Origin: Eledone cirrhosa
Lineage: Eukaryota
DNA: 64,000 nucleotides
Assembly (NCBI GenBank): GCA_964016885.1
Contig: OZ024742.1
Location: 169,694,001-169,758,000 of the forward strand
Direction: 5' to 3'
Part shown: positions 39,756 through 55,769 of the stretch, one piece after another
Layout: the number at the start of each line of letters is the position of its first letter
How positions within the stretch are numbered: the stretch's first letter is position 1
Position numbers and translations under genes: made by a program
The notes under the pieces: generated by a model
What the model was told of the DNA's origin: nothing
Databases searched by the model: none
Seen by the model: only the letters and a program-made list of their open reading frames with translations

Positions 39756-41360
39756 TTAAATTAGCCATTCAGGTGCACTTCTTTCCATTTGATTATTGAT
39801 CCCAGGTTTTAATTGCTTGATTAAGAGGGCTTCCTTAATTCTCAGCATTCCTATACTGCGTTTAGAAGCTAAGACTGTGATGGTAATGTTGTTGTCCTGG
39901 TTTCCGTATTTGATGATGTGTTTGCAGAAGGAAGAGTAGTTGGTGTTAACATGCTCTTTAATACAGAGATTTAATGGTCGAATAGTGCTCCCTGTGTAGA
40001 ATAGATTGCACTTGTTACATTCTAGCCTGTATATTACATAGGTACATAGGCAACAATTAGTATTGTGATGGGGCAATTGGCTAGAGGGCATCCGTTATCC
40101 TTATTAGGGTGGGGGTGGGGGTGTCTTGTGGAGCGGCATCTGCGCAAGGAAGGTCCAGCGTGAGCTAGTTTGATATTGAGGCCCTCTCTCCTGATGGCTT
40201 TGCATGTGACATAGGTGGTGTCCTCAAAAAAGCAACTGTTGTTTGTGTTGGTTTGGTCGCTGGCTCTATGGTTTCGTTGTGGGGTGGAGAAGGAAGCTGG
40301 GTAGCCATTAATTTCTAACACCTTGTGGAATCATCTGATATGGGTGGCTCTATTAGCAGCATCACTGCATCAGTTGCATATGTGAGCCATTTTGTTGAAG
40401 ATGTACCCTCTTTTAGAGCTGTTGGGGAGGGAACGCACAAACAGGTCTCTGCTGGCTGCTTTGCGGTAGAAATCGGTGTGGATTTCACCACTATCAGAGA
40501 TGTTCAGTCTGAAATCAAGTAGAGCAAGCGACCTGAAGTCGGTGGGATGTTCAATGCTGAATTTGTTAGCATTGTTGAAAGATTTGAATTTGAATTTGAA
40601 TTTGTCAGCATTGTTGAAAGATTTGAAAATCTTGTTGGCATTCTCATTAGAGGATGTGAGGATGATTATATCATCCACATATCTAGTGAAGAAAGTGCAG
40701 GTATTGCAGGAGCTGAGTACTCAGCGTTCTAGTCTGTTCGTATATGAAATGGCCAGTAAACCAGAGAGACTTGATCCCATTGGTAGGTTTCTCCCAGGAA
40801 GTTGAGAAAGGAGTTGTTGACAATGATAGATAGGAGCTGGTGCATGTCGGTGGTGGTGAGGCCAAAACAATCCAGGTCGCTGGAACTAACACATTCAGTG
40901 AGTATGCCCACAGCCGGGAGTGTAGGTACCGATATGTAGGGGGACACTACATCTAGGCTGAAGGCATACCTGTTGGATTTGAGGTTGTCAAGTTCGAGTT
41001 GGTTGAGTCACTGGATGACTTCATCTGAGCTGTAGACACAGCCCAGGCAAGTTGTCAACAGGGGCTTTAAAATCTTGGACAGAAGCTAAGAGATATTGTA
41101 AGATGGTCCTTCATCAGTGGAAACAATGAGTCTAATTTTCAGGTCTGGTCCTCTTTTGTGGGTTTTGATCAGGTGGTAGAAATTGGGCAGCCTGCTGATT
41201 CTCGTTATGTAATTGTACCAGAATCTCTTTGGGAGCTTCTGCCAGTTGCAGATGTTGGTCCAGGCGGTGTTGATCCAGTTCTCTATCAGCACGGGTGTGA
41301 TTCCAGTGACTTCAGAGTAGAGACTGTCGTTGGGCTAGATTGTTGTAGGCCTCTCTGGTA
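39756..41360 (-). mobile_element. Decayed Penelope-like element (RT and GIY-YIG endonuclease)
   Basis: LPNFYHLIKTHK..IRLIVS, FSLDVVS, PMGSSLSGLLA, RYVDDI, LLDFRL..DFYRK. GIY-YIG: VIYRLECNKCNLFYTGST..IKEH..KEALLIKQLKPGIN. Multiple frameshifts. Confidence 0.88.
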
Positions 41361-41536
41361 ATAACACAAAAGTCTTTTCCCTTTTCCCTTGTCCGATGGG
41401 AGGTATATGAAGTATACAACACTGTTATTATTTTATCTTATTTTGTCATCCTTTTATCCCAGTACCATCTTTTCACTTCTATCTTCATTGTAACAGCATT
41501 CCGAGTACCCTATTATTTATAAATATATATATATAT

Positions 41537-41690
41537 ATCATCACAATTTAACATCCATTTTTCCACACTAGCATGGGTTAGGCAAGTTGTCCCTTTGTGA
41601 GACAAATAGATCAGGTGACTATGTCTTGCTCATACATAAATGTCTCTGGCTTAGTTTCTACTCCTGGATGCCCTTCCTAACTCCAACTGT
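41537..41690 (-). repeat. RTE-3'-tail-related short element
   Basis: Reverse complement of 'ttaggaagggcatccag...aacccatgctagtgtggaaaa' with a gat-repeat end. Confidence 0.7.
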
Positions 41691-42839
41691 TAAAACAACA
41701 ATGATGATAATGATGATATATATATATAATGATGTAAATGCTCACATGCAGTGTTAACTTTTCATTTTTTCTTGTGTCCTCTTTATTTCTTCTCAATCTT
41801 TTGAAGAAGGGCATAGCTCAAAATGATATATATTCTCAATTTGTACCATATTCTGTCTTGTTTTTATTTTTCTGTTTCCTTGTTTACTACGTCTATGCAT
41901 CCTGTACAAAACTCTTTCAAAACTGAAGTAATAGTTGCCACGTTGGGATAACAAATTCACTTTATTTATCATTGTGTGTTGAACAGGCCACTCCAGATAT
42001 ATCAACTCCTGTTGCTTTTGTGCTATGATGACTACGACAGATTCCAATTATATACACTCCTAATTTAGATTTTTTCCTAAATTACTCGACTGCTGAGGTT
42101 TTAATCTATTCTTCTTTTTTTCATGCCATGGAATTGTAAAGAAGTGATAGTTGTCTAACTACTACAAAGCCACATAATGCTAGTGTCGGATAAACTAATG
42201 ATGGTAGTGGTGGACATTGACACAAACTAGATAGTAGAAGATATACAACTTCCCTGCGATAGTATCCTGCTGATGATGTTACATCTACTCCACTTGCTTC
42301 TGTTATTGCTGTAATTGTCCAATTATGCATTTAAACCCATGTACAGCTGATGCAACAGAAACTGCCAACAGTCCAGGTAAATGTGTATTTTTCTGGGTAT
42401 TTATTGTTCTTATTCTGTCTAAATTCTACATGTCTATGCGTTCTGTACAAAACCCTTTCAAAATCAAATTAATAGTTGCCACTCTGAGACAACAAATTCA
42501 CTTCATTTACCATTGAGTGTTGATTGCACTACTCCAGATATATCGACTTGTGTTGCTTTTGTGCAACAATGACAACAATAGATTCCAATTGTATTTATAT
42601 ATATATATGTGTGTGTGTGTTTCATTTTACAAATAGAAGAAAAAGTAATCAATACACATCGAAGAATAGATAAATTATTGATAAACAGCTGGTGCTTTGA
42701 TTCATTGTTCAGACAAAATAAATTTCACCTGAATGAACACAAAGAGTGGAAATTACTACGAAATGATACAGTGAAACATCAGTTGTCTGTGTGTGAGTGT
42801 ATATATAAGTTTCCAACTGAGGACACAATGACTGCCATA

Positions 42840-43232
42840 GTGATGGTGCAACCAGTACACTAACACTGGTGCCACAATAAAATGCACCCAGTACACTTAA
42901 TAAAGTGGTACTGTCAGTGCCATGATAATATGCACCCAGTCCATTCCGTAAAGTAGTAGTGCTGGTGCCATGAAATAAAGTCACCCAGCCCACTTTCTAA
43001 AATGATAGCACAGGTGCCATAATATGCACCCAGTCCACTCTGTAGAGTGGTAGTCATGGTATAATGCACACTGTATAAAGTGGGTAAAATTAGGAAGAGC
43101 ATCCAATCATAGAAACGATGCCAAAATGGAATGTATGAACAAGAATGGATAATTTCTCCTGTCTACTCTCAGAATATGACAGCCCAACCAACTCATACCA
43201 GCATGGAAAGACAAATGCAAAATGATGATATA
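42840..43232 (+). repeat. Tandem array of 4-6 degenerate ~50-bp units followed by an RTE-like 3' tail
   Basis: Units 'gtgcca..aata..gcacccagtccactctgtaaagtgg', then 'taggaagagcatcca...ccagcatggaaa..atgatgat'. Confidence 0.7.
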
Positions 43233-44704
43233 TCTATCCACATCATCATCATCATTGCATCCATTTTTCCATGATCCCATAGGTTGGATGAGATTAATTT
43301 CTTACAGGTTCTACATCAAATGTACCTAGCAAGTTGACATAATAAGTACATAGGTAGATGTGCAATGATAGATGTGCATAAGTAGATGTGCAATGATAGT
43401 TACAGCTGGTTCATTGGTCACAACACTGAATGCAGATCCAAAGGTCAATCACATGTAGGGATTATGCTTTGTGTATATAAATCCACATATCTGATGATCT
43501 ATCAATGTAGAGTTGGGCCCTGGTTATTATGATCGCACCTTGAGCTGATCAATATCAAAGCGATTGTCATATTAGAATAAAGCTTGTATTTGGTGCAACC
43601 TTCCTTCAGACTTTGTTTCTACTTACTTATATATATATTGGAAAATGTGTGAAATCCTTGGTATAGTTAGGTATATTTGAAAAGAAAAAAAATGACTTTT
43701 TGTTATGTAGATCTAAATTAGATCTACATAGCAAAATTATAAAATTGTAAAATTAAAAAATTAAATTGTTTAGAATACCAACTCCAAGTGAAGTCATTCT
43801 TTTCCGTTTTTCAAATATATATATATCATCATCATCATCATCATTATCATCGTTTAACGTCCATCTTCCATGCTAGTAACTCTATAACAGCATATTTCTT
43901 TCTTTTTGACATTCATACTCACATAAAGAAATACATATATATACACACACAAATATTTATGCAATTATTTGTCAACACATTTTAGTTACTGTATAACAAC
44001 AGATTTTATATAGTACAATATACACAATTTGTATAAATACCCCATCTTCTATATACACAGCAGCACATGCACAGATTAAATGCATCAAATACATATATAA
44101 TATACAGAAAGGACAAGAATTGTCTAGCAGAAATATAACATATAATGACCATCAACATTACACAACCTGACATTGTCATGTGACATTCAACAATCAATGA
44201 GCATTATGGTAATTTGGTATCTTTGCATAATGTATTTGTGGTGTGTATGCATATATATATTGATTTTATATATTCCTTTGTTATATTTTGAATACCTGAT
44301 GATATCACCGGATTCATACGGAACCCAGTCATTGGAATGATCATGGTATAATAAACTTTTCAAGGATTTACACCAGTCCAGCCTCCTGTTATTTTATTTA
44401 TATATATATATATAAATTTATATATTTATATTTGTATATATATATATTTATATACACACATATATATATACATACAGACACACAAACATACATACATATA
44501 TACACACACACATATATAAACAATATTTGACTTACGAAGCAATTAGAGAATGTGAAATTTCAAATGTGTGCATCCCAATGCCAATAACTGACTATAAAAA
44601 TAGTTGATGACTATAAATACTACTTGAGAAAATCAGTTAAGTTACCTTAAGAGATGCAGAAGAGTGGACAGACAGACCTCTGTTGGGCTGCACACATTTT
44701 AAAT

Positions 44705-44752
<48 letters not shown>

Positions 44753-44756
<4 letters not shown>

Positions 44757-46385
44757 CCCAGCCAGCCATCCACCTAATCTACGAAGGTATTTTAGCCTAC
44801 ATATTGTCGTTAATATTATGATGTTCCCTGCTGTATTAGCGTTAAATTTTCCCTGCTGTATTAGCGATAAATTTTCGAGGGTTTCTCTTAGTAGCTTTTT
44901 CATGTCGTTAATATTATGATGTTCCCTGCTGTATTAGCGTTAAATTTTCCCTGCTGTATTAGCGATAAATTTTCGAGGGTTTCTCTTAGTAGCTTTTTCA
45001 TGTCGTTAATATTATGATGTTCCCTGCTGTATTAGCGTTAAATTTTCCCTGCTGTATTAGCGATAAATTTTCGAGGGTTTCTCTTAGTAGCTTTTTTCAT
45101 GACGTTATTATTGTTAATTTTACTGATGTAGTATTAACTTATTAACTTGGATATTTACCATGCGGTATTCTAATCCTATTGTATCTCTCTCAGTTATTTA
45201 CCATGCGACCCTCAGTTCCTACCCCCCCCCCTCTCTATGCACTTCTTTAAGGCTTACTACCCTGTCTTTAACCTAATTCATTCAATCTGAAAATATTGAA
45301 GAGATAAGACACTTTGCCATTCTTCTCTGCTAAAATGTACCACTAGAGTTGATTCAAATTTTCCCAGCCAGCCATCCACCTAATCTACGAAGGTATTTTA
45401 GCCTACATATTGTCGTTAATATTATGATGTTCCCTGCTGTATTAGCGTTAAATTTTCCCTGCTGTATTAGCGATAAATTTTCGAGGGTTTCTCTTAGTAG
45501 CTTTTTCATGTCGTTAATATTATGATGTTCCCTGCTGTATTAGCGTTAAATTTTCCCTGCTGTATTAGCGATAAATTTTCGAGGGTTTCTCTTAGTAGCT
45601 TTTTCATGTCGTTAATATTATGATGTTCCCTGCTGTATTAGCGTTAAATTTTCCCTGCTGTATTAGCGATAAATTTTCGAGGGTTTCTTTTAGTAGCTTT
45701 TTTCATGACGTTATTATTGTTAATTTTACTGATGTAGTATTAACTTATTAACTTGGATATTTACCATGCGGTATTCTAATCCTATTGTATCTCTCTCAGT
45801 TATTTACCATGCGACCCTCAGTTCCTACCCCCCCCCTCTCTATGCACTTCTTTAAGGCTTACTACCCTGTCTTTAACCTAATTCATTCAATCTGAAAATA
45901 TTGAAGAGATAAGACACTTTGCCATTCTTCTCTGCTAAAATGTACCACTAGAGTTGATTCAAATTTTCCCAGCCAGCCATCCACCTAATCTACGAAGGTA
46001 TTTTAGCCTACATATTGTCGTTAATATTATGATGTTCCCTGCTGTATTAGCGTTAAATTTTCCCTGCTGTATTAGCGATAAATTTTCGAGGGTTTCTCTT
46101 AGTAGCTTTTCATGTCGTTAATATTATGATGTTCCCTGCTGTATTAGCGTTAAATTTTCCCTGCTGTATTAGCGATAAATTTTCGAGGGTTTCTCTTAGT
46201 AGCTTTTTCATGTCGTTAATATTATGATGTTCCCTGCTGTATTAGCGTTAAATTTTCCCTGCTGTATTAGCGATAAATTTTCGAGGGTTTCTCTTAGTAG
46301 CTTTTTTCATGACGTTATTATTGTTAATTTTACTGATGTAGTATTAACTTGGATATTTACCATGCGACCCTCAGTTCCTACCTCA
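44753..46385 (+). repeat. Three-level nested tandem repeat (~606 bp / 98 bp / 25 bp)
   Basis: Long units start at 44753, 45359 and 45964. 98-bp subunits start at 44806, 44904 and 45002. 'ttccctgctgtattagcg' occurs at 44824 and 44849. Confidence 0.95.
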
Positions 46386-46625
46386 CAATTTCCGTCCCCC
46401 CCACCCCCACTCACCACCATAGTCTATTCGACCAATCAAACCTAGCATGCCATTTCCACTGCTGCTGCTGCTACTACCTGCCTAACTAACTCTCTCCTCC
46501 TCTGGCGCATCCCAACACACCCTGCCATTACCCCACCACCACTGTCCTTCTAGCCCTCAATTTTCCCACCGTTATGGATGGATGAGCTGGGAATACACGA
46601 GCAACTCTGAATCAATAGATGAAAT

Positions 46626-49600
46626 ATGAATCTGCGAGCTACCAAGCACCCACGTGAAGCGCCAACCCAGAGACCCTCCCCTACGAGTGTCGACAAATGC
46701 CCAAAACTCCGAGTTGGTACCATCAATGTAGGCTCAATGAAAGGAAGAGCAGGAGAAATCGTAGAAATGCTAGAGCGAAAGGAAGTTGATGTATGCTGTG
46801 TGCAAGAGACTAGATGGAGAGGAGGGTCTGCTAGAGTCCTTGTAGGAAAAAGCCAGTGCTACAAATTTTTCTGGGTGGGAAATGACGATGGGATGGGTGG
46901 TGTAGGTATACTATTAGCTGACAAGTGGGTAGATAAAGTAATCTCAGTGTACAGGGTAAATGCAAGAATCATTAAACTCAGACTAGTCCTGAATAAGACA
47001 ATTACCACAATAATATCAGCTTACGCACCCCAATCGGGGCTGCCAGACGAACTTAAGGATAGGTTTTACGAGTCCCTAATACACACTACTGCTCTAACAG
47101 ACGACAAGGACTTCCTAATCATTGCAGGAGATTTTAACGGACACGTAGGTAAACACTGCGACGGCTTCAATAGAGTACATGGAGGCCATGGAGTTGGCAC
47201 AAGGAATGAGGAAGGATTCAGACTTCTAGAATTCTGCGACGCCAATGACATGTCGATATGTAACACAAACTTTAAAAAACCCGACAACCACCTGATCACC
47301 TATAGATCAGGGGAGCACTCTAGTCAGTTAGATTTTATCCTCATCAGAGGACGTGACAGATGGACGGTCGTAAACACAAAAGCCTTCCCTAGTGAGGAAT
47401 GTACATCCCAACATAGCTTAGTTGTCAGCGACCTCACGGTCAGAACTAGACGAGCCCTGAAACAGAGGCCAACCTGGAGAAGAAAGATCTGGAAGCTGAA
47501 AGTCCCCTCAACCAGTAACAGATTTAAAGATATTTTACTCAACGCCTACGACAGTAAAGAAGAACAGATAGAGACATTTAACGTAGAAGAGAACTGGGAG
47601 TTCCTAAAAAATAACTTACTAGAGGCGACGGATGAGGTTTGTGGCTGGAGTAAGACCTCAAGCAGGAGGAGAGTGACTTGGTGGTGGAACAATAAGGTAG
47701 ATGAAGCAGTCAAGGCCAAGAGACAGGCATGGAAAGAATGGAAGAACGGGGGGAGCAGGGTACATTACATAGAGACCAAGAGGGAAGCTAGGCGACAAGT
47801 ATACTTAGCTAGGAGGGAAGCAGAGGATAGAAAATTCAAGCATGTTTTACAACGTGAGGACCAGAAACAGGAGGTATTCAAGATTGCGAGGCAGTGTGTC
47901 AGAGATAGTTGTGATGTCATTGGAGAGAAGTGTATCCGGAATGATAAAGGTGAGCTTGCCCTCACAAGTGCTGAGAAGAAAGATGCATGGAAGAGTCATT
48001 ATGATAGATTACTAAATGAGGAGAATGCATGGGAAGAAGAGACCCTACCCCACGTAGACCCTATAGAGGGACCAGCAGTACAAGTCAGCGGCAGCGTAGT
48101 AAGTAAGGCAATCAGAGATATGAAGATAGGGAAGGCAACCGGTCCATCGGGTATAGCTGCCGAGATGCTGAAGGCATCTGGGTCTGTAGGTCACACTATA
48201 ACCACACGTATCGTTAACCAGGTAATACTAGAGGGGGCCATACCAAAAGATTGGTGCAGTAGCATCATTGTCAACTGCTACAAAGGTAAAGGCGATGCAC
48301 TAGATAGAGGAAACTATAGAGGTATAAAGTTGATGGACCAGGTCATGAAAGTAACAGAAAGAGTTATAGCACAGCTGATTAGGGACCGGGTGAATATAGA
48401 CGAGATGCAATTTGGGTTTGTTCCAGGGAAAGGCACCACTGATGCGCTCTTCCTTGTGAGGCAATTACAGGAAAAGTACCTAGCTAAAAGTAAGCCACTC
48501 TACTTGGCATTTGTCGACCTTGAGAAAGCCTTTGACAGAGTTCCACGTGCAGTAATCTGGTGGGCTCTTAGAAAACTAGGAGTAGATGAATGGCTTGTGA
48601 AAGCGGTACAAGCCATGTATAGGGGAGCAGTCAGCAAAGTTAGGATTGGCAATGAGTATAGCGAGGAATTTAGCGTACAGGTTGGGGTCCACCAGGGCTC
48701 TGTTCTTAGCCCTCTCCTGTTCATCATAGTCCTGCAGGCAATAACGGAGGAGTTTAAGACCGGATGCCCATGGGAACTCCTGTATGCTGATGACCTCGCA
48801 CTCATAGCTGAATCTATGGTAGAACTAGAGAATAAATTCCAAACCTGGAAGCAGGGACTAGAGAGAAAGGGCCTCAAAGTCAACATGACAAAGACTAAGG
48901 TCCTTATAAGTAGACGAGAAAACAGAACCCAGATCCCCTCAGGGAAATGGCCTTGCTCAGTATGTAGGAAAGGTGTAGGTAGGAACTCCATTCTCTGCCC
49001 CAAATGCAAACAATGGGTACACAAGAGATGTAGCGGGATCTCAGGAAGCTTAATTAAGAATGTAGGATTCACATGCAGCAGCTGTGCTGAAACAGCAAGC
49101 AAACAGCCACAGGAAACAAGTACCACCAATCTCTGGGAGGGCCCTGTAGAAACAGTAGACAGCTTCTGCTACCTAGGTGACCGAATTAGCAACGGAGGTG
49201 GGTGCTCAGAAAGTACAATAACTAGGGTAAGAACGGGATGGAAGAAGTTTAGGGAACTACTACCACTGCTAGCTGCAAAAGGCTTCTCCCTCAGAATGAA
49301 AGGCAGACTGTATGATGCGTGTATCCGAACAGCGATGTTGCATGGTAGTGAGACCTGGGCGCTGAAGGTGGAAGACTTACGTAGATTAGAGAGAAACGAA
49401 GCCTGCATGCTCCGATGGATGTGTAACAGTAATATACGTGAACGACAAAGCATAAATGAATTGAGAGAGAGACTGAGCATAAGAGGAATCAAATGCTGCG
49501 TGCAGGAGAGGCGGTTACGCTGGTATGGACATGTGATGCGTATGAAGGATGACAGCTGCATAAAAAGGTGCAGAGCACTAGAAGTTGATGGAAACCGCGG

Positions 49601-49745
49601 AGTGGGGAGACCCAAGATGACTTGGGATGAGGTGATAAAAGCCGACCTTACCCAACTACACCTCTCAAAGTCAATGACACACGACCGTGACTTCTGGCGT
49701 CACGCAGTAATACAGGGTACCCGACCTCCCATGGGTACATGCTGA
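46626..49745 (+). CDS. RTE polyprotein: APE endonuclease and reverse transcriptase with an inserted PHD-type finger
   Basis: APE: GTINV, QETRW, YAPQ, GDFNGH, LDFIL, SQH. RT: [45 protein letters not shown]-terminus: [18 protein letters not shown]. Confidence 0.96.
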   Translation: MNLRATKHPREAPTQRPSPTSVDKCPKLRVGTINVGSMKGRAGEIVEMLERKEVDVCCVQETRWRGGSARVLVGKSQCYKFFWVGNDDGMGGVGILLADKWVDKVISVYRVNARIIKLRLVLNKTITTIISAYAPQSGLPDELKDRFYESLIHTTALTDDKDFLIIAGDFNGHVGKHCDGFNRVHGGHGVGTRNEEGFRLLEFCDANDMSICNTNFKKPDNHLITYRSGEHSSQLDFILIRGRDRWTVVNTKAFPSEECTSQHSLVVSDLTVRTRRALKQRPTWRRKIWKLKVPSTSNRFKDILLNAYDSKEEQIETFNVEENWEFLKNNLLEATDEVCGWSKTSSRRRVTWWWNNKVDEAVKAKRQAWKEWKNGGSRVHYIETKREARRQVYLARREAEDRKFKHVLQREDQKQEVFKIARQCVRDSCDVIGEKCIRNDKGELALTSAEKKDAWKSHYDRLLNEENAWEEETLPHVDPIEGPAVQVSGSVVSKAIRDMKIGKATGPSGIAAEMLKASGSVGHTITTRIVNQVILEGAIPKDWCSSIIVNCYKGKGDALDRGNYRGIKLMDQVMKVTERVIAQLIRDRVNIDEMQFGFVPGKGTTDALFLVRQLQEKYLAKSKPLYLAFVDLEKAFDRVPRAVIWWALRKLGVDEWLVKAVQAMYRGAVSKVRIGNEYSEEFSVQVGVHQGSVLSPLLFIIVLQAITEEFKTGCPWELLYADDLALIAESMVELENKFQTWKQGLERKGLKVNMTKTKVLISRRENRTQIPSGKWPCSVCRKGVGRNSILCPKCKQWVHKRCSGISGSLIKNVGFTCSSCAETASKQPQETSTTNLWEGPVETVDSFCYLGDRISNGGGCSESTITRVRTGWKKFRELLPLLAAKGFSLRMKGRLYDACIRTAMLHGSETWALKVEDLRRLERNEACMLRWMCNSNIRERQSINELRERLSIRGIKCCVQERRLRWYGHVMRMKDDSCIKRCRALEVDGNRGVGRPKMTWDEVIKADLTQLHLSKSMTHDRDFWRHAVIQGTRPPMGTC

Positions 49746-51267
49746 AGCATATAAACAATATGCCCCCCCCCCCACCGCAAGGTGGTCGTGGAGGTGCCAC
49801 GGCAAAAAAGCACCCAGCCCACACTGTAAAGTGGACGTGTAGGCGCCACGAAAAAGCACCCAGCACTCACTGTAAATGAGGTTGGTGTTAGGAAGGGCAT
49901 CCAGCTGTAGAAATCAAGCCAGATCAGTTCCTGTATGAGCAAGGCATGGTCAGCCGACCAGACACTGCCCACAACAGGACAACCCGTCTAACCCATGCTA
50001 GCGTGGAAGAACGGACGTAAAACGGTGATGATGATATATTCCATGCATATCACTGGTTTCATTAGACATAAACAAACTTGTTTAGATCTTCAGATGAGGT
50101 AGTGGAAGTTATAAAGGGCTTCCATTGGTTGATTCAGGTCATGTGGTAGTATTGAATAATCAGTGACATCAGAATCTCACTTCTCAAAGGCTGTGATCTA
50201 TAAAATCACTCTCACACCACCAGATGGTATCCCAGGAACTACAAAGGCCTAAAAGTCAATGACTTTAAAAGAAAGTTTATTCAGTATAGATACTCTCTCA
50301 GTAACAGGGAAAACTGCACCTTTCTGCACTGTTTCATTTGGAGGTCCTGAGGCCAAGGTAATAACACCCCAACAAAACATGCAGTATCTTTGACAGGGAT
50401 CTTTCTTTTTCACTTAGAATTCAAAATTTCCTGCTTTGCCTCTGTTCATATAGCAGCAGCCTGGGATATCCATTAACATGGTATTGCCAAAGAAATGCCC
50501 TTGTTGATATCCTGCAAAAACCATTTAAGCTCCACAGGACTCACATGCATATGCAGGGTTTACAACTCAAATTCTTGAACCAGCTTACACACATACACCC
50601 AAAGGATATACCATCATCATAACTACTATGGGAACAGAATCACAGACTGTAATAATAAAACAACTAACTGCTGTCTATTGCTGTTGCTAAATTTTCATTT
50701 TATCTCCACATCCATTGGCTGTGTATCTTACTATATGGACAAAACTGGGATCTATTGTTGCTGGTCATTCAACACTACCACGTGAGCTGAATCAAATAAT
50801 GATGGCTTTTTTAAATTCCCCTTGGCTGCCATAACTCCAGTTTCCTACACTTATTCAAACTGTTTGTTTATTCATATTTAAGTCAACCTGTTGATAAATA
50901 TATTTAACATACACACTGTCATCATTTCTCTTTTCATTGTAACAACAACTATGACTGAGTGTGTGTGTGTATATTAGATAGATAGGTAGACGTACATATA
51001 TTATACATGTGTAATATATATACATAAGCACATATATATATGTATACATATATACAGAGAATAAAGTAGTTTCTAATTTTAGTAAAACAAATAATAAAAC
51101 AATAAATAAATAATTAAGTATACACACACACACACAAAATAGATGTACAGACATATAAAACATGCATATCGATGAAGGTATACATATACACATGTATGTA
51201 TATTCACAAATACAGATATATTTATATATACATACATATATGTATATTCACATATACAGATATATTT

Positions 51268-55339
<4,072 letters not shown>

Positions 55340-55413
55340 ATGATGATGATGATGATGATATATATATATAAATAAATATACATGGGTGTGTATGATTGTG
55401 TATAGAAGATTAC

Positions 55414-55683
55414 ATTAATGAAAGGAATTCCAATTTTGTCGGATTTACTTGTTTTATTTACAATCCTTTAAAATTATAATGATATTATAATGAAATAGTA
55501 TGGTAGACTTGACTGTCACCACTGAATATGAACCTGAAAATTGCGAAAGCATGAAAGTACTTGTTCAATTAACACTTAAAATTTAGTATTCAACCATACT
55601 ATTTCATTATAATATCATTATAATTGTAAAGGATTGTAAATAAAACGAGTAAATCAGACAAAGTTGGAATTCCTTTCATTAAT
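55414..55683. repeat. ~90-bp inverted repeat enclosing a decayed hammerhead motif (Penelope pLTR-like)
   Basis: Arms 55414-55504 and 55593-55683 are near-perfect reverse complements. The spacer contains TGAAC-CTGAAAA-TTGCGAAAGCAT-GAAAGTACTT-GTTCA. Confidence 0.85.
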
Positions 55684-55769
55684 ATGTACACATATATATA
55701 CATACATATATATATATATGTGTGTGTGTGTATATATATATACATATATACATACATATATATATGTTA

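Larger units (their letters stand above)
44753..50035 (+). mobile_element. Apparently full-length RTE-clade LINE (tandem-monomer 5' leader, intact ORF, 3'UTR, (GAT)n tail)
   Basis: Begins right after (TA)n, carries one uninterrupted 1039-aa ORF and ends in gatgatgat at ~50035. That the leader belongs to the element is inferred from adjacency and from a homologous leader at 55770-56245. Confidence 0.9.

Noticed and set aside
44753-46385. CRISPR-like array
   Set aside because: The sequence between repeats is itself repeated (no unique spacers), there are no cas genes, and the context is eukaryotic.
50100-50860. Complex unique-looking sequence as a possible host exon
   Set aside because: No sustained ORF or recognisable motif in the frames examined.
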